A stretch of DNA of 64,000 nt, from positions 1,372,769-1,436,768 of the forward strand of contig NW_003314311.1 of assembly GCF_000143415.4 (NCBI RefSeq), written 5' to 3'. This stretch comes from Selaginella moellendorffii. Lineage: Eukaryota; Plantae; Lycopodiophyta. Shown in pieces: positions 13,975-24,637 of this stretch; position 1 is the stretch's first letter, and every line of letters starts with the position of its first letter. Under the pieces are notes generated by a model. It had not been told where the DNA came from, did no database searches, and worked only from the letters and a program-made list of their open reading frames with translations. The position numbers and the translations under genes are program-made.

Positions 13975-16248
13975 ATGCACACGCTTCCTATCTTCGTTTC
14001 GATTGCTAGCATTGATTTCTCAAATCCCTCCCGGTATTTTCCCCAGGAGCTGTGCGCAATCCCCTCAAGGAGCCGATTGATCGAGCAGCAAGATGAGGTT
14101 TTCGCGAACGAGTTTCTCCAAAATCTTGTCCGCGATGGAGCCCTAGAGGAAGCTCTCAATCTCTTCCAAGCAACAGCCCACAGGTGGGATGTAATCTCGT
14201 GGTCTTGCCTCATCGCAGGAAATTCTCGCAATGGGGATTCCCGGGCGGCTTTATCCTTGCTGCGATCGATGCTTCTCCACGGCGTTCCGCCCAACAAGAT
14301 CACTCTCATCTCGGCTGCCACTGCCGCAGCTCACTCCAAGATACCTGCCGAGGGCGAATTCGTCCACGATCTCGCGCTCCAGGGCGGTTGGATCAGAGAT
14401 CTCGCCCTCTCCAGCGCGCTACTCAACATGTATGGCAAGTATGGCCTCCTGGATCGAATGGAAGCGATCTTCGAGCAAATCGAGGAGAGGAATCCAATCA
14501 GCTGGACGGCAGTGATTGCCGCAAATACCAAGTCTGGGGATTTGCCGCGAGCACTGGAGCTCTTCTCGGCGATGCTGCTTGACGGTGTTCTTCCTGACGC
14601 GGTGGCTCTGCTCACGATGGCAAACGCTTGCTCGAGAATGGGATCGATCCAGGCGGCCAGGAGAATCCACCGGCTGATCGAGGAGAGTGGGTTCCTTCTT
14701 CTTCTCGAAGCTGGATCATCGCCCACGGGGAGCTTCGATCGATCACGAGCTCTGATGCTTGCCAACGCCATCATCGACATGTATGGCGAGTGTGGATCCA
14801 CATCGTGCGCTCGGGCAGCGTTTGATTCCATGGCGATGATCCGCGACGACGTGAGCTGGAACTCGATGATCGGGGCTCTCGCTAGAAACGGAGAGGCAAT
14901 CAAGGCAACTGTGATCTTCCATCGAATGCTTCTCGATGGAATCCATCCTACGAAGGTAACGTTCTTGGAGATCCTTCACGCTTTCTCACAATCACACTCT
15001 TCTCTTACAGCTCATCGATTGATTGAGCTTGTCCACGGACAGATCCAATCCCGTGGGCTGGAATGCGATGCTCTGATCGCTGCGGGGCTCATCCCCGCAC
15101 TCGCGAGGATCAATCGATTGGAGGAAGCCACGCGGATTTTCCATGGAGCTCGCGATTGTCACGACGTGGTGCTGTGGACGACGATCATCGCTGCCTACGC
15201 TCAAAAGGATCGCCCTCGAGAGGCTATGGCTTTCTTCAGGCGAATGCTCCTGGAAGGATTCCTGGCAAACGGCTACTCGATCGTCGCGGTGCTGGAATCG
15301 TGCTGCTCGATCGCGGATGGCATACTGCTGGAGTCGTGCGCCCGCGAGATGATCAGTCGAGGAAGATCGTCTCTTCCCATGGCCGTCATCGTGGAGAATT
15401 CGCTTCTCAGCATGTTTAGCCGGTGTGGATCCATCGAGGACGCTTCACGGATCTTCTCTGGGATGGACGAACGCCAAGACACTGTCTCGTGGAACAGCAT
15501 GATCGTGGCGCTCTCCCAGCACGATCGACCGGGCGAGGCACTCGCGATCTACCGGAAGATGCTGCTCCATGGTGTCAGGCCCGAAAAGATCACCTTCGTG
15601 GCGGCTCTGGACGCGTGCTCCAAGAGCTCGGATGCATCGGCTTCAGCTAATCGTGCGGCTTCGCTGGAGATCTGCGCGCTAATCCTCGAAGCCGGGCATG
15701 GATCGGACACGGCAGTGGGGGCGGCGATGGTCGCGATCCATGGCAAGCACGGGGAATTCGATCGAGCAATGGAATGCATGGATGGGATCCACAAGAAGGA
15801 TATCTTTGCGTGGAGCGCGATGGTGTCCGCGTACGCCCAGCACGAACGCTGTGTGGAGGCGATTGCGTTTTTCCGAGAGATGGTGCTGGATGGAGTGGAG
15901 GCGAACGATGTGATCTTCGTGACTGTCCTATCAGCTCTTGGCCATGCTGGATCGATCGAGGAGTGCTGCCGGTACTTTGGTGGATTGGAAGTGGAATTTG
16001 GGATGAGGCCGAGCTTGCCTCACTATGGGTGTGTGATTGACATGCTCAGCAGAGCAGGGCATTTGGCGGAGGCAGTAAGTGTGATGGAGCAAATGCCATC
16101 ACAAGACAGGGTTACATGGATGAGTGTGCTTGGGGGTTGTAGATTGTATGGAGATCCACAACAAGGAAACAAAATGGCCAGAACGTTAATAGGATCTAAT
16201 CCTGATAATGCTTCAGCTTATGTCGCTCTTACCAATATTTATCGTTAG
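13975..16248 (+). CDS. PLS-class pentatricopeptide-repeat protein, single exon, ends in E domain, no DYW
   Basis: ORF 13945-16248 (first ATG 13975). Repeated DVxSWNSMI / ALLNMYGKYG / PDAVALL-type motifs and C-terminal HYGCVIDMLSRAG...VTWMSVLGGC...SAYVALTNIY. Confidence 0.95.
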   Translation: MHTLPIFVSIASIDFSNPSRYFPQELCAIPSRSRLIEQQDEVFANEFLQNLVRDGALEEALNLFQATAHRWDVISWSCLIAGNSRNGDSRAALSLLRSMLLHGVPPNKITLISAATAAAHSKIPAEGEFVHDLALQGGWIRDLALSSALLNMYGKYGLLDRMEAIFEQIEERNPISWTAVIAANTKSGDLPRALELFSAMLLDGVLPDAVALLTMANACSRMGSIQAARRIHRLIEESGFLLLLEAGSSPTGSFDRSRALMLANAIIDMYGECGSTSCARAAFDSMAMIRDDVSWNSMIGALARNGEAIKATVIFHRMLLDGIHPTKVTFLEILHAFSQSHSSLTAHRLIELVHGQIQSRGLECDALIAAGLIPALARINRLEEATRIFHGARDCHDVVLWTTIIAAYAQKDRPREAMAFFRRMLLEGFLANGYSIVAVLESCCSIADGILLESCAREMISRGRSSLPMAVIVENSLLSMFSRCGSIEDASRIFSGMDERQDTVSWNSMIVALSQHDRPGEALAIYRKMLLHGVRPEKITFVAALDACSKSSDASASANRAASLEICALILEAGHGSDTAVGAAMVAIHGKHGEFDRAMECMDGIHKKDIFAWSAMVSAYAQHERCVEAIAFFREMVLDGVEANDVIFVTVLSALGHAGSIEECCRYFGGLEVEFGMRPSLPHYGCVIDMLSRAGHLAEAVSVMEQMPSQDRVTWMSVLGGCRLYGDPQQGNKMARTLIGSNPDNASAYVALTNIYR

Positions 16249-16605
16249 AGATGAAAGGCAATGTAACTTTACAGTGTTTTTACCAATATTGATCATTAGA
16301 GATGAAAGGCCATCTAACTTGTTGCAAGTCACCACCATCTGGGGATGGATTGCCATAATTTGCTGATTTATAGTAAAATTTGCAATGTTTGGTGATTGTA
16401 GAGTGTCTACCAATTGTAGTTTTTAGTGGGTATGAACCATAAAATCATTTTCACACAAAAATCTTGCAGAAGACAAATTTGTAAAGAAGAAACCTCTATC
16501 TAGAGAACTCTCACTTTGTTCACCTAGTGATCTATACTGAATTCCTGGAGAAATCCAAGCTCACAACCTCCTGGCCGGGCTGAGTAGATCAATCGTATAG
16601 GGATA

Positions 16606-16693
16606 GACCATTTCTCAATTTGTGTGTATCATCCTTGTGCAGGGGCCATGCTAATCTTCACTGTATCATTCCAATTTTATTCTCCAAATAGAC
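16606..16693 (-). pseudogene. U6: U6 snRNA retropseudogene, 3'-truncated, flanked by a 14-bp TSD
   Basis: Reverse complement GTCTATTTGGAGA-ATAAAATTGGAATGATACAGTGAAGATTAGCATGGCCCCTGCACAAGGATGATACACACAAATTGAGAAATGGTC matches plant U6. Flanks are ATCGTATAGGGATA (16592-16605) and ATCGCATAGGGATA (16694-16707). Confidence 0.92.
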
Positions 16694-17109
16694 ATCGCAT
16701 AGGGATACTGCTGCTGGATTCCAAAATCGGTGGCGGTGCCAATGGCTGGATTTTGCGGAGACATCCATGCTTAATTTCTTAGGGTTACAATCTATCCTTG
16801 TTAGTGGATCAGTTCTTTACACAATTAAAAGATATTTCCATATTTTTGTGCATGTTGATTGCGAGGAGAGTGATGCCACCAAGAAGATCCGTAAGTCATT
16901 CATCTGGATAAAGCACACTAAATTCCTCAACTGTGAGTTCCTCTCTTCTTTATCTTGGCACAGTCGTCAAAATCCTATGAGAAAGATCAACATGGTGATG
17001 GTCAAGAGGGAATAAAAAACATACTCTACCTGCTTCTTGGCCAGGGTGGAGTAGGTTTGGAGAGCAGGGGATGGGCAGTTGTTAATTAGGTTTATTTATC
17101 ATTTTGAAA

Positions 17110-17615
17110 TTCTAGAGCATTATATTTCTTTAATATTATTGTTCAGCATGATGTTAGTAGTTTTGCAGTTCTATATCAAATTTGTCATTATACTTTTAGA
17201 ATAACTCCTCTCTATAGTATTTATACACAATCGATTCTATATAAATTTTGTAACTTTTTAAAGAATAGACTGTTTAGTGGATATAAAAGTTTTTATATAG
17301 CCACATTTAATGATAGTGATTTTTTAACACATTTTTATAACACATATGTATTTTTAATGCAACAAGATTGCAATGATGTTTTTTATTATAACAAATATAT
17401 TGTTTTATGGGATACTAAAACTTATGGATTAAGTTTTGATTGTAAATTAAGATTACAAGAAGATGAAAAATTTGTTCCATATTCAACATTTGATTTGAAA
17501 GCTTTATATATAACTAAAATTTATTGTAAAAAATCTAACTTTATAAAACCATCAATATTTGTTTTAGATTTAAATTTTCCTTTAATTTTATATGAAGATC
17601 CTAAACAAATATAGT
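17110..17615 (+). pseudogene. Degenerate paralogue of the AT-rich bulb-lectin gene at 52119-53039
   Basis: NFCNFLKNRLFSGYK...QQDCNDVFYYNKYIVLWDTKTYGLSFDCKLRLQEDEKFV aligns with the 52.6-53.0 kb sequence. 5' part is missing or frameshifted. Confidence 0.85.
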
Positions 17616-18389
17616 CAATATGTGTTTAAATAAATTAAAAATATTAAACCATTATTTTCTACTTAAACTTAAGATTATAAATTATTTAAATCTTAAGTAG
17701 CTTACATAAATAAATAAAATATAGTTGTGTAAATTAAATTATTTAAATTATAATAAAACTTAACACAAGTTTAATTTATTGATAACTTTATTTTCTTAGA
17801 GCTGTTTTATAGAGCTTGAATTATAAGTATTCAAGAAAAAAGAACTAGAAAGTAAATATACTACATTGATGTTGTGGTTAAACTAATAATACAACTTAAA
17901 TGTTTTAAAAATTATTTAAATAAATCAATATAAATGTAAAGAAAGATAAATATTGATTGTAACTTATTATATTTTATATATAAAACATAAATTGAATAGT
18001 TATCAATAATAAGTATTATTTCTTACAATGTATTTTCAAAAAAGCCAAGTGGTAAAAGTGGCAAAGCTGAGTAAATTAAATAAAATATTATGGTGTGAGA
18101 TATAATATAACAAACAAAGTTGAGAATTCATCATCCAAATATAAATCAAAAATAAAAATTGAAAAACAATACTTTACTATTATTTATTTTGTAATATTAT
18201 TAAAGGTAAAAAATGTCACTATTTTTTAAACACAAGAAATGAAAAAATTTTGTTACCCACCACCAAATTTACTAACCCAGCCAGTAGCACAATTGTGTTC
18301 TAACCAAATTAAAACTTAAATTTGAAATTTCAGATAAAGAATTAAGACAGAAAACTTTCCTCATAAAATATTTGGAAAAAACAAATACA

Positions 18390-20084
18390 TTACCTAATCA
18401 AAGACCAGGCTGAAACGGTGACTAGAGGCTGATCCAGCCAACCAAGTGTGATACCTTCACAACATTCCCTACTTCCATTTTCATCCTTCCCCTCCAGTTT
18501 GTCAATCCTATACTCAGGACACAAGAACATCTCCAGCAGCAGCTTTGCCTGGACAATTGCACGCTGGCTCATTCCCCTGTTCCGAAACCCCTCCTCTTCC
18601 AACATCCTCTTCCATCCCTCAAACCTCTCGTGCCTCTCAATCCGGTCCTCCCCCTCACACCCAACGATGTTTCTAATCTCCCTTGCAAAGATGGTCTTCT
18701 CCACCCTCGTCCTTGCCGACAATGAGCTCTCTCCATCGACCACCACCACGCTCGAGTCCAGGGCATCAAACATCGCCGCATAATAGCGCAGCGACCCCGC
18801 AAACCTGGCCTCGAAGCACTCCACATTGTGCTCGGCTTCGTGCTCCACAATTGCCACCACCTCCGGCTTCGTGCTCCGGATGAGCTCCATCACCCCCTGG
18901 ATCTGCTGCCGATCCAGCAAGCTCCGGTGGAGCTGCCCGATGCAATTCACCGCCACCGCCTCCCCGTCCTTGACGTGGAGCATCCACAGCCGGATCTCCT
19001 CGAGCCGCTCCACCACGGCATGGAACTCGAAGCACAGCCCCAGCGCCTGAGCAAACTCCGCCAGCCGATCGCCCGTCTCCTGGACGCTGTCCTTGAAAGG
19101 CCCGATGCCACTGATCCTCACCAGCGATGGCGGCCCCTCTGATCGATTCGCTAGCGCTTGGAACAGCGCCGGCCACTGGAGCCCCTGCCCCACGTCCAGA
19201 TCGATGACATGGACCTTCTTCCGCCCCTGGAACGCCTCGAGGATGGCATCGTTGGCGCTGAAGTGGGCGAACTTGACGATCGGGCTGACGTGATTGAGGA
19301 TGTGGTAGGCGGCGATGGATTCCTCCTCGGCCTCGGAAGAACAGGCGGATCCGGGGCTTGGATCGGTCTCCAGCGACAGCGGCTTGTAGAGATCCGGGCG
19401 CTGGCTGGCCAACCGGCACGCTAGGCCCTCGGTAAAGTAGGCTGCCAGGCGCTCCATGGCGGTGGATCCATGCGGCGATGCCAGCTCGCCCAGTCTTGCC
19501 AGAAGGCAGTGGATCAAACTCGTGCTCTTCGCCGAGATTGCCTGGGCGCAAGCTACCAGGAGATCCACGAGCTCGATCTTTTCCTCCTTGTTGCTGTCGC
19601 TGGTGGCATTCTCGGCGGCGCGATGATCATCATCATCCTGGTGCTGAGCGTCCAAATATCCCTGCCCGCCGATCGATTCGCTCTGCGCGTCGGCCGAGCA
19701 ATCGAGAACCCCCTCCACGAGCGCCTCCCATTGTTGCTGCTCGTCGCCATCATCCCGTAACAAACCCTGCTCGCGATCGAAGGCCGAGTGGTGACGATCG
19801 AACGACCCCGCCGCGATCAAGAACGCGTCGTCCGACGCCGGCGACCCGGATCGCTCCATCCCGTTGCTGTCCGTGGAGCCCTCGCACCGCGCCGCGGCCG
19901 TAATCTCCCCAAACAGCTCATCCGGAGGCGATTTCTCCTCGTAGAAGCAAGAATCCAGGCCGTGCTCGATCGATTCCTCACCGTAGAAGCAGTAGGAGCT
20001 GTCGGACGACGCCGAGGAGTGGTCGATCGCGAAGCACCGCTCCAGAGCCTCGCCTTCTTGCTCGCCCCTAATCCCCAGCATCAT
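18390..20084 (-). CDS. GRAS-family transcription regulator, SCL28/DLT-like, single exon
   Basis: LLVACA, ERLAAYF, VHVIDL..GLQWP, RIERHE, terminal SAW. ETGDRL..LEEIRLWMLHVKDGE is typical of the SCL28/DLT clade. Confidence 0.95.
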   Translation of the reverse strand: MMLGIRGEQEGEALERCFAIDHSSASSDSSYCFYGEESIEHGLDSCFYEEKSPPDELFGEITAAARCEGSTDSNGMERSGSPASDDAFLIAAGSFDRHHSAFDREQGLLRDDGDEQQQWEALVEGVLDCSADAQSESIGGQGYLDAQHQDDDDHRAAENATSDSNKEEKIELVDLLVACAQAISAKSTSLIHCLLARLGELASPHGSTAMERLAAYFTEGLACRLASQRPDLYKPLSLETDPSPGSACSSEAEEESIAAYHILNHVSPIVKFAHFSANDAILEAFQGRKKVHVIDLDVGQGLQWPALFQALANRSEGPPSLVRISGIGPFKDSVQETGDRLAEFAQALGLCFEFHAVVERLEEIRLWMLHVKDGEAVAVNCIGQLHRSLLDRQQIQGVMELIRSTKPEVVAIVEHEAEHNVECFEARFAGSLRYYAAMFDALDSSVVVVDGESSLSARTRVEKTIFAREIRNIVGCEGEDRIERHERFEGWKRMLEEEGFRNRGMSQRAIVQAKLLLEMFLCPEYRIDKLEGKDENGSRECCEGITLGWLDQPLVTVSAWSLIR

Positions 20085-20274
20085 ACTCTACCTCTCGCAG
20101 CTGAAAGGACTCGATCGATCGCAAAGAATGAAAGCGTTATACCCTATCGCTCTGTCCTCCCGACCAATTGTCTAGCCGTTAAAGCCTTGTGACCGTTATG
20201 AGTAAAAAACCCCATCAGCCCTAAAAGCATATTCTTTGCACGGTATTAGTCCTTTTAGGGTTCTTGGAGTAAGG

Positions 20275-21137
20275 ATGAATGAAATCCGCGAGGGATTGTT
20301 TCTGGGGAGCATTGACGATGCGGTGTCGTGTCTCGTGGGCCGCCATAGCTCCAAAATTTCCCATGTTTTATCAGTAGCAAACATCCATTTGAGCGACAAA
20401 GCGATTGAGACGCGCAGCCAAATCACAAGGAACGAGAGGAAGCAAATGCCGAAGCGCGATTTGGTGAGAAAGGAGGTGCCTCTTGTCGACTCGGAGACGC
20501 AGAACATCCTGGAGCGCTTGGAGGAGTGCCTGGATTTCATTGAGCACGGCCGCCAACACGGTGGCGTGCTCGTCCATTGCCTCCAAGGAATCTCTCGCAG
20601 GTCAGCGTGGCATTGTTTCTTAAATCGAAGTCCCAACTTTGGGCTGGTTTTTTCAGTGCTTCCGTGGTCACGGCTTATCTTATGAGAAGCGAGAGACTCT
20701 CCGTGAAAGGTGATGTTTCAATCCCTTTAGATGTTCTTTCTCTGATCGTTGGTGTTTGTCTTCAGATGCACTTGCTTCTCTACGGCTGCATAACGAAATG
20801 ATCTGCCCGAATCCCGGATTTATGCACCAGGTAAAGAGCCACAAAGATGGTGATTTTCGTGGCAAATTGACTACCAATGCTGGGTTCTGGCAGCTGGAGC
20901 TATTTTACGAGATGAAGTTCACTGCGGACAAGGCCAGTCCCGCTTACAGCCGCTGGAACGACATAGGTTGGTAAAAAACAAGTTCAGATCCAATTCAAGT
21001 ACTAAACTTCTCTTTAAAGTGCTCCAGATTTCAGTAAAATTCCACAAGCCCCAGAACTCTCTCATTGTATTCCTGAGAGTAAATCGAGTAAAAGCGAGGA
21101 GTCTTTGGTGGATGGCTTGAACGAACTGTTCACGTGA
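20275..21137 (+). CDS. Dual-specificity protein phosphatase (DUSP12/YVH1-like catalytic domain), ~5 exons
   Basis: MNEIREGLFLGS...VLVHCLQGISR|SASVVTAYLM...CPNPGFMHQ|LELF (HCX5R motif). GT-AG introns ~20601-20657, 20710-20765, 20831-20893. 3' end uncertain. Confidence 0.85.
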
Positions 21138-21229
21138 AAGTGTGCCTCTTTTGATTTTCGTTATATAATAATACCAACTTTTTAACTTTCAGCTCTTTTA
21201 TTCTTATTGCGTGGATTTAATCTGGATTT

Positions 21230-22343
21230 GTGGTCCTGGCCGTGGCATCGACTCCGCGGCGGATTGGTGATGCTCCTCAGGTCTGTTGGCTTGGGGCTCC
21301 AGGAGCGCATGGCGGCCGTGGCGCAAGCTCCCTCGGCATCGGCGGCGCTGGCTGGCTTTTAATGGGGCTCCCTAGCTTTCCACGGCCAGCACCAGCAAGC
21401 CACGGCCATGGCCTTGGGTGCTGGCCATGGCCCTGTCTTGGGCCGTGGCTTCTCTCGCAACCGTGGGTTGAGAGCGAGCTAATCCCAGATCGTGGTTGGG
21501 CATTCGATCGATGGTGGCGTGGATCGTTGGCCATGCCATGTCATCCCAGATAAAGTGACATTACGAAGAATATTCCTAGCGGCAAGGCACTTGAACGAGT
21601 ACTTGGTATCCTTAGGGAGATCTTAGCACAGCTCAAGAACCGGTGTCGTGTCCAATGCTGGAACTATTAGAAGATCTTTCCTCATATGATGACTAAGATT
21701 TTTGTTGGCAAGACACTACTGAGAGAGCATTACCAGCATGATCGCCACCACCACAGTTATTGCTACAGCTTGGACTACATTTAAGAATTTTTTTTAAGGT
21801 TTATCAGATCACTTTATTTATATTATTATGTTGCAGATCTTAAGAATGCTTTTGATACTCTTGTGCCCTTGCTAAAGATCACAATCCAAATACTCCAACT
21901 ATAACAAGTTGCAGAAGACTTTTAGAGGTAATTAGATTATGTTTATTCTCTATTGATAATATAAACTTTTGTATTTTAAATAATTACTAAAAATATATAT
22001 TTTTCCTTTCATATACTTGCAAGTGTTCTATTTGCAATAATGCCCACAATAGTCATGTGTCTCATACATACATGGCCTTCCAAAAGAATCTTAATTTTAA
22101 TTCAAACTTGATAATTTTAAAAAAAGTTTATAGTACAGATTTAAATCCTATCTCATTTAAAATTCTGCCCAAACATACCTATTTTGGCACGTAGTAAATA
22201 TTTAAATTCCTGGATACCAAAATATCTTTATTTATATAAAATGCTTACAATATATTCACTATGAACTTTAATTTTAAAACTTTGTAATTTGAAATTACAA
22301 TGTTTATTTAGGAATTTCTCAAAAGTGGTGCACACTCCTCTAG
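21230..22343 (+). mobile_element. Internally deleted relative of element A, in opposite orientation
   Basis: 21900-22343 is a diverged reverse complement of 23988-24680 (transposase 3' end and terminus: TGGTGCACACTCCTC vs TGGTCCACGCTCCTC). GC-rich 21230-21540 resembles the GC-rich intron at 28.8-29.4 kb in composition. Confidence 0.6.
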
Positions 22344-22684
22344 ACTGTGTGAAAATTAAAAGGTAAAATAAACTCTTTGCCTAAATAACATATAAAATAG
22401 AGAGATATCACAAGTGGAATTATATAGCACTATTATATAAGAAAAGTGTAGATATTGAAATTTTGGGGGATAAATAGAGATAAAATAGCCACTAAAAGTT
22501 TTCAAAAGTAAAGTTTTATGTATATGTAATTATGGGATGAAATTTAACTAAAACTGGGGGATAAATGAGGATAAAATGGCACTAAAGGCTTATACAATTA
22601 TGTAATTATTCATTATGCAATTACTATTTTTACAATTGACATAAAAGATAAATAAATTAGATTACATTTATCTTATGATGATAA

Positions 22685-23355
22685 TGTAGTGCATATGATT
22701 TTCACCTCTTATTGTATAGTGAGATAACCATGGAGTGAAACCTTGGATATATGTCCCAAAAGAAACAGAGCAAAATTTGAATTTGAAATCTTTGAGCCAT
22801 TGAATGAAGGAATGGAGCTTAACTCTCAAATATATACTCAAAGAGTGAAAGAATTGAAATATAGGCCAATTTTTGAATATACAATTAAGGAGTGAAGGAA
22901 CAAGAGTACATAATGATATTAGAATAATTCTAAAACATCTAATATTAGAATTAACATGAAAAATGGAGAAATGAAATTTGGCATTATATCAACTAGTATA
23001 GTATAGAGCTTGGGTTTAGACTTCAACTAGATACAAACAAAGACAAACATGACCAAAAAAGAGCTAAACAATATCTGAAATTTGTTAGTCATGCTCGACT
23101 TACACACTATCCCTACTATATATTTAAAACTACCCACAATTCCCCTCTATATGAAACCACACTTTTAGCAGTCCTAAGAGTTAATCTCTGAGATAATTAA
23201 TAAATATGGAATGATATTAGATTATGAATCTAAATGTGTGAACAATATTATCATGTTTAAAACACTCTTTACATTTTATAGATATGCTCACTAACAAATT
23301 TAAACACTTTTCATAAATAGTTAATAAGACCAAAGGAGACTAACACATAGGGAAT
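22685..23355 (-). mobile_element. Old truncated copy of the same LTR family, reverse orientation
   Basis: Begins TGTAGTGCATATG (reverse complement of the LTR 3' end). GAGCTTGGGTTTAGAC and CACTATCCCTACTATA match the LTR interior. Confidence 0.75.
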
Positions 23356-24637
23356 ACTAGCAAAAGTGTCTTAACAGATATAATAACAACATATGAGGAA
23401 TGATAGCAAAAGTGTCTTAGTGTAAGCCCTTTGGTTGCTTACACTTAGTAGATACAGTAAATAGGTGGCATTGACAAGATTTTGGTTGTTTAGGTCCTTT
23501 TCAAGTAGCAATTGGTATGTTGGATTGACTATGGAATAAATAATTATAATTGTTAATTATAATTGTGAAATTTATTTATTCATATCTTTAAAATTAGATA
23601 CAAAACTTATATATTATATATTTTGAAAAATAAAAAATAACTGTTGTGAGGGCTAACTGTACGGCTACGATGCCATATGCTAATATTAGTGTAGTGGGAT
23701 TTTGGTAGCCGTCAGATTGGTTTTAATCCGAACCACTTACTCTTGTATATAAGCTAATGTTTTTGGGCTAATTGATATGCACATTTTCCATATTCCCTTT
23801 TCATATTTCATGCACTCACATTGATGGAGGTGAGGGGCACCTTTTGATTGTCCCAGAATTTTAATTTTGATATAGCTTTTTGCATTGTCTAAATTTCCTT
23901 TTCCTTCTAGCTTTTTGTTATTTCTCTTTTTTTGCTCTTTCCTTTTCATTTATCTTCATGGTAGATCAGCAATCTCCTCCTTTAAATCTGGAGGAGCGTG
24001 GACCATACTTGAGCTCACGAGCTGAAGAGTTGAGCTCACGAGTTGAGCTCAATTTTCAATTGTAATTTAGTACAAATATTATAAACTTTAAAATTTTAAA
24101 GTTATGGCGAACTTAATAATTTCATAACTCTTTATATGTTATATAGATAAAAATGTTCTAAATGACACTTCTTGTTCTAATAATTTAAATATTTACTACA
24201 TGCAATAATAGAGACGTTTGTTAGAATATAAAATAAAATGTTTGCAAAAAGAGTATTCTTGTCACTTCTTTAAATTTGTACTCTGTACTTTCTAGCTAGT
24301 AAATGTCAGGTTCGTCAAAATTTTAAAATTATTAAATTTGAATTAAGATTCTATATAAGGCCATATAACCATTTGAAAGGAAAAAAAAATAACTGTGATG
24401 GTACATATGCTTTGACAATACATTATAACATCATACACTCGAAAGACTATCACAAAATATTTTTTGAGAAGGTAAAGACAAAAATGGAGACTCACAAATA
24501 CTATGGGCAGTATTGCGAAAAGAACCTCATAAGTATATGAAATGAAAAGTGAAATAATAAAATATTTTTATTAATTATATAAGGTATAATTAGTTTATAT
24601 TATTGATAGAGAATAAACATCGATAGTGCTGGAAAAT

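Noticed and set aside
13950-20192. Numerous antisense and alternate-frame ORFs over the PPR and GRAS genes
   Set aside because: Expected shadows of GC-rich coding sequence.
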